Source: Cladosporium halotolerans
Lineage: Eukaryota
Direction: 5' to 3'
DNA: 64,000 bases
NCBI RefSeq assembly: GCF_011745625.1
Contig: NW_027191458.1
Coordinates: forward strand, 186,001-250,000
Shown here: one piece after another, positions 58,630-64,000 of the stretch
Position numbering within the stretch: the first letter of the stretch is position 1
Layout of the letters: each line of letters begins with the position of its first letter
The notes under the pieces: model-generated
The model's input: the letters and a program-made list of their open reading frames with translations, nothing else
The model's database searches: none
What the model was told of the DNA's origin: nothing
Translations under genes and position numbers: made by a program

Positions 58630-60671
58630 CTAATTATCCTCTGTCTCTGTCGCCCCATCTGATGACGCTTCCGCCGTGGCTGCCGGCACACTTTCTTCGA
58701 CCGTTGTCCACAGAGTCACTGCCATTTCCTCCTGCGTGACGACTTGTATGACTGGCTCACCGACAACTGTAGCAACCACGACCTCTCCTGCCACGGTCTG
58801 AACCACTAACACCGTGGTTGCGGGGCCCACGCTTGTTATTACGACCGCATCTTTTGGCGCAGATTCATTGCCATCCTGCTCTTCAGCTTGTTGGTCCTCT
58901 GACTGTCCAAGCTTTTGAGCAGTCGCTTTCTTCGCCGCCGCAACTGCTTCTGCTGCCTTTTTAGCTTGCAGTTTCGCCTGTGCTGCGGTCAGTTGGTGTG
59001 TAGCCGCGGTGATGGTAGCTTTCTGCCACTCTTCTTGCGGTGCCGTGATGAGCATTTTCAGGCGCTGGATCGTAGTGTTCAGTGTTTGCATTTCGAGACT
59101 TGATGATCCATTAATAGACTTATTTTCGAGCAGCTCTTTCTCTCCGGCAAAAATTGCTTCGTGAGCCGTGTTCAGCCAAGCTTTCTGACTTTCTTTGAGG
59201 GCATGTAGGAGAGGCTGAGCCGTCTGCTCGAGCTTACCGATCTCCTCAGAAATCTTCGCCGTGTCGTGGGTGTACTCCTCCTTAATGAGCACCCTATTCA
59301 ACTCATCTCGCTGCTTGTTTATCGCTTCTTTTTCAGCATCTGATAGCCGGCCATTGTATTCTTCCAGCTGAGTGCCCACGTTGGACAGTAAACGTGCCGC
59401 TTTGAGCCTCAACTCAGCCATCGCCTCCCTCTCACGTTCTCGAGTTGCTTTCACCCCATCCCAGAAGTCTTTCATTTCCTCTGGATAGGCAGTCGATTTT
59501 AGAGGCAACTCCCAATCGTCCAGATGCTTCTCGGCACGCTCAATCCAGTACGCCATGCGCTCTTCTTGATTAGGCACACCAGCGAAGTGAACCAACATAT
59601 CGCCTCTTCGGACCTGGAAAGGCGCTAGGGTCTGGTTGTGTTCACCCTGGTAAGTATTGAAGCACCTTTGCGGCGCTTGGACGATGTTCCTCTCAAATGC
59701 CCGCTCCTTTATTATCGTGTTCATGGCACTCTGGTCACGGAACTCCAGCGGCTCGTCGGGCTTGTAGAGTCTCAGAGTGACGGTTGCCGTGAGGAACTTA
59801 ACGGCCCATTGGTTGACTCGCACGGAGAAGACGCCGTTATTCAACCCAGTTTCGTCGCTCGAATACAGCAAATGCACATCATCGAACTCCGCGTCAGGAG
59901 GTGGAAGGAAGGTCTCGATCGGCACCCGCGGGTTCAGAATGACCGTGTCCGCATCGACCCAGAGGAGCCACTCCAAGCGCTCCTCGTCCGGCTTCGACAA
60001 CTCTTGCAGAAGCAGACTGAGAATGTACGCCGGCTTGCTCCAGTGTTCGCCCAGTAATGGCTGCCGCAGAACATGAAGCCGATATCCATGAAGCCGATCA
60101 TGCTCCTCATGCGTTCGAATCGCTCTCTCCCGAAGACTGTCACCGTCGAGCAGGATCGTACATTTGCCCACCCGCGTCCGCATCTCCAGCTGCTGGTTCA
60201 ATGCCCCTTCCTCGAACGACGTGAGTCCAGATGCATTCACTCCAGCCTCCTTCGAACCGTACGGGTTCCACGACTGAATCGTATCGCTGACCGCATGGTG
60301 CAAATCAGCCAACGCACCTTTCACGCTCGGTTTCCTCCTCCCCTCACCCCCTGCTGCCATCCAATCCCCAATCGCTTCCTTTCCACCAAAACCAACCAGC
60401 TCATGCAGCAGGCCTCCAGACGCCGCATCGTATCCTTGTAAGACATCGTCGCCTCCTTCTGAGGGGCCAAGTGTCGTCGTCACCATCCAGCCAAGCACCA
60501 CGCAACTCAAGGCCAGAAGTGCAAACCGGATCCTGCTGTTCCCCAGTAGCGCCGAGCGGCCCCGTATCGGCCGTAGCCAGCGAGGCAGAGAAGATGGAGA
60601 GATCGGAGAGGACGGTGAAGAATCTCTATACGGGGCGTCGATGAAGATGGAGAGGTGTACGATGAAGGCAT
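58630..60671 (-). CDS. GT34 glycosyltransferase (Mnn10/Gma12 family) with coiled-coil C-terminal extension; 5' end unresolved, apparent frameshift near 60632
   Basis: RAIRTH..H...HGY, WSKPAYIL, LEWLLWVDADTVILNP..P...FLPP, GLNNGVF..RV..W, F.DQSAM, GDMLVHFAG; type II membrane anchor IRFALLALSCVVLGWMV. Confidence 0.88.
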
Positions 60672-61317
60672 CGTAACTTTTCTTCCTCCTTCCTCCCTGT
60701 TCGTTAGCGTGACAGTTTCTGATTCCCTGAAATTGATGCTTGCAATGAAGTTACGAAACGCAAACAGTGGCAAATACCCGCAGGTATCAGATATGTACGA
60801 ACGACAGCCAAACGAGGGCTCGAATCAGATGCCAAAGGGATGAAGCGATATTTACATGCCAGGGCACAACCACGCGTCGTAACGCAGCAAGGTAAAGTCG
60901 CGTCCCCTGCTTTTCTCCGCCCTTCCCATGTATCGCTATTTCTGCAATACGAGAGACATTTGCGCCCGTGGCGCGGGCCTCGCGGCCTTTGTCTGATCGC
61001 CATCGCTGGCTACGGAAGGTCAGTGAGGCTGAGGTGAGGAGAGAGGACTTCGGCGTCCCTTGCGTGACGTGGCACGGTGAGCAAGGCGGCGTCAAGAGCG
61101 CTGAGGACATGGTTTCAGTGGGATACAGCTGTGGCTTCTTATCTGCGTTTCTGTCATACGTACAATGTTCATTGTTTCACGTGCGTTGCACTCTTTCGCG
61201 ATGCTGTCTAATAATGCTATGGTATTAGGATGGAAGCGCGGCGCTCAAATTCTCATTAACCGGCCGACCCGTCTGCAATATCCTATGCTCCTTTCGAACG
61301 CCAATTTCCGAACAACA

Positions 61318-64000
61318 TCAATCGCTGCTATCACTACTATCGTCGCTTTCGTCATCATCTTGTCGAATGCTAAGTTTGCGGCGCTGCTGTGTTTCATCCT
61401 GCTTCGGTGGCGCCTTCTTGGCTTTGGGCGGCGAGGGGATGTGTGCCTTACGCACCAAACCGGACAAGCCACCCCCGATAGATCTGGACATTTGGCTGAC
61501 GCCCATTGAGGACGTGGGCGGCGCAGCGGTCTTAGGCTGCGGGGGCGATTTGCCTTTGGCTTTCGAACTCTGAGGCGCTGGCGTAGAAAGACTGGGCTTC
61601 CGGTGCGCTGAAGAGCTGTTTTGAACCGGTGTGGAAGGCGCGTGCTGGTGCTGGCCATCAGGCGCTGTGAGGTGGTGATCGAAAGAAGAGCGACGCTCAC
61701 TGCCGCTTTCGCTGCTGCGACGCACGGCGCCACGATGGCGGCGGCGGGCGCGTTTGTTTGCGGCTTTTGTGCTCAGTGGAGGAGGCATGGCGGTTCTATC
61801 GTCTGACTTGACCTTGCTGAGATGTGAGGGTGGCGTGCTATCGACGGCGGTGGCTTTTCGCTTGCGGAACGGCTGTGGTGAGTTTTCTGCGCCGCTGTTG
61901 TTGAGCTCTTGCAGGTTTTCGTCCGTCAAAGCGTGACGGGCATCGCTATTGGTGTTGGATAGATTGGCAACGGTGGGAAGCTCAGGCTCATCCTCTTCGT
62001 CTTCGCCATCAAGCTTGGGTTCGCCCATAGCGTCGACGCCGTTCGTATGCGGTACCTCGTCCTCAATGGCAGTCGTATCAAAGGCTTCTTTATCTTGATC
62101 AACCTCGTTCAGATGCTCTTGCTCAACATCACTGCCACCATCAGGCACTTCGCCGTTCTGCACATTGGCTTGACGTTCGTTAAGCCCGTTCGTCGCATTT
62201 TCTGGCTCAGGAGAATCACCGTTTGGACCAGGCGCCTCTTCCTCATCATCAACCTCACTCACATGTCTGTCGACATCCATCTCTTCCGGCTGTTCAAAAT
62301 CCTCATCACTCCACACCTGCTCTCCAAAATCATCGTTCGGGACAGAGTCCGCGTTTGATTCGTCGTCAACACGGACTACGTCTTCGTCCGCCTGCTCAGT
62401 ATCGCCACCCTGAGCCGGCCCGTCCATGTGCTGCACATCGACCTGCGGCAAGGTCGCTCCGCCACGAGAGACCTTTCGTTGCCTGTGCAGTCGACGCTCG
62501 GCAGCCTTGAGCCGGGCGACCTCGTTCCAATCGCCGCGAGACATGGCACGGACAGAGAAGGTCTTGATCTTCAGCTCTTCGAAGTATTCTTGGCGATCAC
62601 GTCCGAGACTTGCTGCGTTCGCGGTCTTCTCCCAAATTTCAGCATCGGTGGGAGTCGGCTCTCTGTGGTTGCGAGCGCTAGATAAATCGGCAGAGCTCGG
62701 CGGAGCGATCTCAGGCGCCTGAACTGAATCGTTGAGTGCAGGCGCAGTCGCTGACGGAGCCCTTTGCAGGTCCCTGATTCTTGATGCGTACGACGGCCCT
62801 CTGGAAGGAAGCCTTCCGGAAGCAGGAGTGGGCGCATGCGAGCTATCGGGCTCAAGAGTTCCGATTTGAGGTGATGGCTGTAGCGAGGTAGGTTGGCTAT
62901 GAGGCATACCACCTTCTGGCGAGGCGCTTATTCGCTGGCTGGATGGTCGCAGTCCCCGTTGATTCTTGCTGCTGGGGGAGGCATTACTGGTCTCCTCGTC
63001 CTGTTCAGCGTGTATATGAGGCACATCGTTGCTTCTGACGGACACAGCAGCTCTCTGAGACCTTGTCGTGGAAGGATCTAGTGTCTGAAATGCTTGGCTT
63101 TCCTGAGTTGCTCGGTCCTCGCTCGACAAGGATCTCTGCAATTCTTGCGAGAGCTGCACGGCGGCGCGAGTGTCAATGCCAGATTCCATCCTTGAACGGC
63201 GGCGCTGATCGGACGAGATCGGCGTACTGCCTTCTCCCGTCTTCATTGGTGACAGGAGTTTCCGAGTTCCCTCGTTTTGTCTTCGCAGAGCTGACAATGG
63301 TGTTGGCTGCGCTGCCGGCGATGGGGCATTTACGTCTGATTGCTTTCTCACGGTGACAGAACTCCGCTTGGGCGTAGATTCAGCTAACGAAGATTGTTGT
63401 TGCTCTTGCGTCGAAGTGTCAGGCGGGACATTACCATCGTCTTCCACATCTTGGCCCTCACTAGCCAGTTGCGCCTCCAGCATATCCAAGTCGTCTGCTG
63501 GGGTCTGCTCTTGATCTTCATCTCTAACGAAGCCATCGCTCTTGCTAGTGTCCTTGACGGGAGGTTCTTGTGGTACATGCTCCGTAGTATTTTCAATGCT
63601 AGTCGTCCGACGATTACGGTCGTACTGCGCATCGAGCTCCTCGTCGGTCGGTCTCGGAGCACCAGCACGCTGCTTGCCCTTGTCGCGAGTGAATTTGAGA
63701 GTCGTCTGCGTTCCACTAGAAGGCCATATGAGACTCCCACGAGCAGTCTCCTGCTCGGCGGAGCTTACCTCGACCCTAGGGCTCGACGAGCGCTTCGCCT
63801 TCGTCGACGGCCGCTTTTTGCCCAGTTCAGTGTCGCGGTTCCTTTGAACCTGGGGTGGCGAACTTGGGACTTCCACGAGCCGAGACTGTCTATTAGTCGT
63901 GGCAGACGGTCGACGGGCCGCACGAGCCTGCATTGAGCGCTCGACTGGAGAGCTGTTGGCCAGTAGTTGAGAGCTCTCGATCTCTGGCTCATCAGCTATC
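61318..64000 (-). CDS. Large low-complexity (S/E/Q/R-rich) hypothetical protein, 5'-partial at the window edge
   Basis: 871-aa ORF whose frame stays open without a stop from 63933 to the window end; basic NLS-like clusters (KRKAT, KRARRR); no recognisable domain. Confidence 0.75.
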   Translation of the reverse strand, partial: IADEPEIESSQLLANSSPVERSMQARAARRPSATTNRQSRLVEVPSSPPQVQRNRDTELGKKRPSTKAKRSSSPRVEVSSAEQETARGSLIWPSSGTQTTLKFTRDKGKQRAGAPRPTDEELDAQYDRNRRTTSIENTTEHVPQEPPVKDTSKSDGFVRDEDQEQTPADDLDMLEAQLASEGQDVEDDGNVPPDTSTQEQQQSSLAESTPKRSSVTVRKQSDVNAPSPAAQPTPLSALRRQNEGTRKLLSPMKTGEGSTPISSDQRRRSRMESGIDTRAAVQLSQELQRSLSSEDRATQESQAFQTLDPSTTRSQRAAVSVRSNDVPHIHAEQDEETSNASPSSKNQRGLRPSSQRISASPEGGMPHSQPTSLQPSPQIGTLEPDSSHAPTPASGRLPSRGPSYASRIRDLQRAPSATAPALNDSVQAPEIAPPSSADLSSARNHREPTPTDAEIWEKTANAASLGRDRQEYFEELKIKTFSVRAMSRGDWNEVARLKAAERRLHRQRKVSRGGATLPQVDVQHMDGPAQGGDTEQADEDVVRVDDESNADSVPNDDFGEQVWSDEDFEQPEEMDVDRHVSEVDDEEEAPGPNGDSPEPENATNGLNERQANVQNGEVPDGGSDVEQEHLNEVDQDKEAFDTTAIEDEVPHTNGVDAMGEPKLDGEDEEDEPELPTVANLSNTNSDARHALTDENLQELNNSGAENSPQPFRKRKATAVDSTPPSHLSKVKSDDRTAMPPPLSTKAANKRARRRHRGAVRRSSESGSERRSSFDHHLTAPDGQHQHAPSTPVQNSSSAHRKPSLSTPAPQSSKAKGKSPPQPKTAAPPTSSMGVSQMSRSIGGGLSGLVRKAHIPSPPKAKKAPPKQDETQQRRKLSIRQDDDESDDSSDSSD

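Overview
Gene-dense, GC-rich window from a filamentous ascomycete. It is probably a Dothideomycete, inferred from the protein families and the short GT-AG introns with CTRAC branch points. About 21 protein-coding genes are supported: BXI1, COQ10, TRM140/ABP140, a BEM3-type PX-PH-RhoGAP, a Crz1-related C2H2 factor, an AA10 lytic polysaccharide monooxygenase (LPMO), a CipB-like reductase, a GNAT, TRM61, GDB1, two MFS transporters, an ERG26-like dehydrogenase, CCT2, SAD1, GPD1, a SERCA-type Ca-ATPase, a GT34 glycosyltransferase and several hypothetical proteins. I saw no transposon, tRNA, rRNA or CRISPR. Four observations stand out. (1) GPD1 appears able to make three differently targeted isoforms: its stop codon overlaps a GTGAGT splice donor that can join a hidden exon ending in -SKL (peroxisomal PTS1), and an upstream ATG adds a mitochondrial-type presequence. 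(2) An intronless, CBP21-like bacterial-type AA10 LPMO sits in a fungal genome. (3) A ~420-nt multi-stem RNA structure upstream of a TNA1-like transporter pairs with splice-donor-like sites and resembles a riboswitch arrangement. (4) Strand-symmetric C-rich to G-rich skew flips recur inside genes. All calls come from reading the sequence by eye; no searches or folding programs were run.
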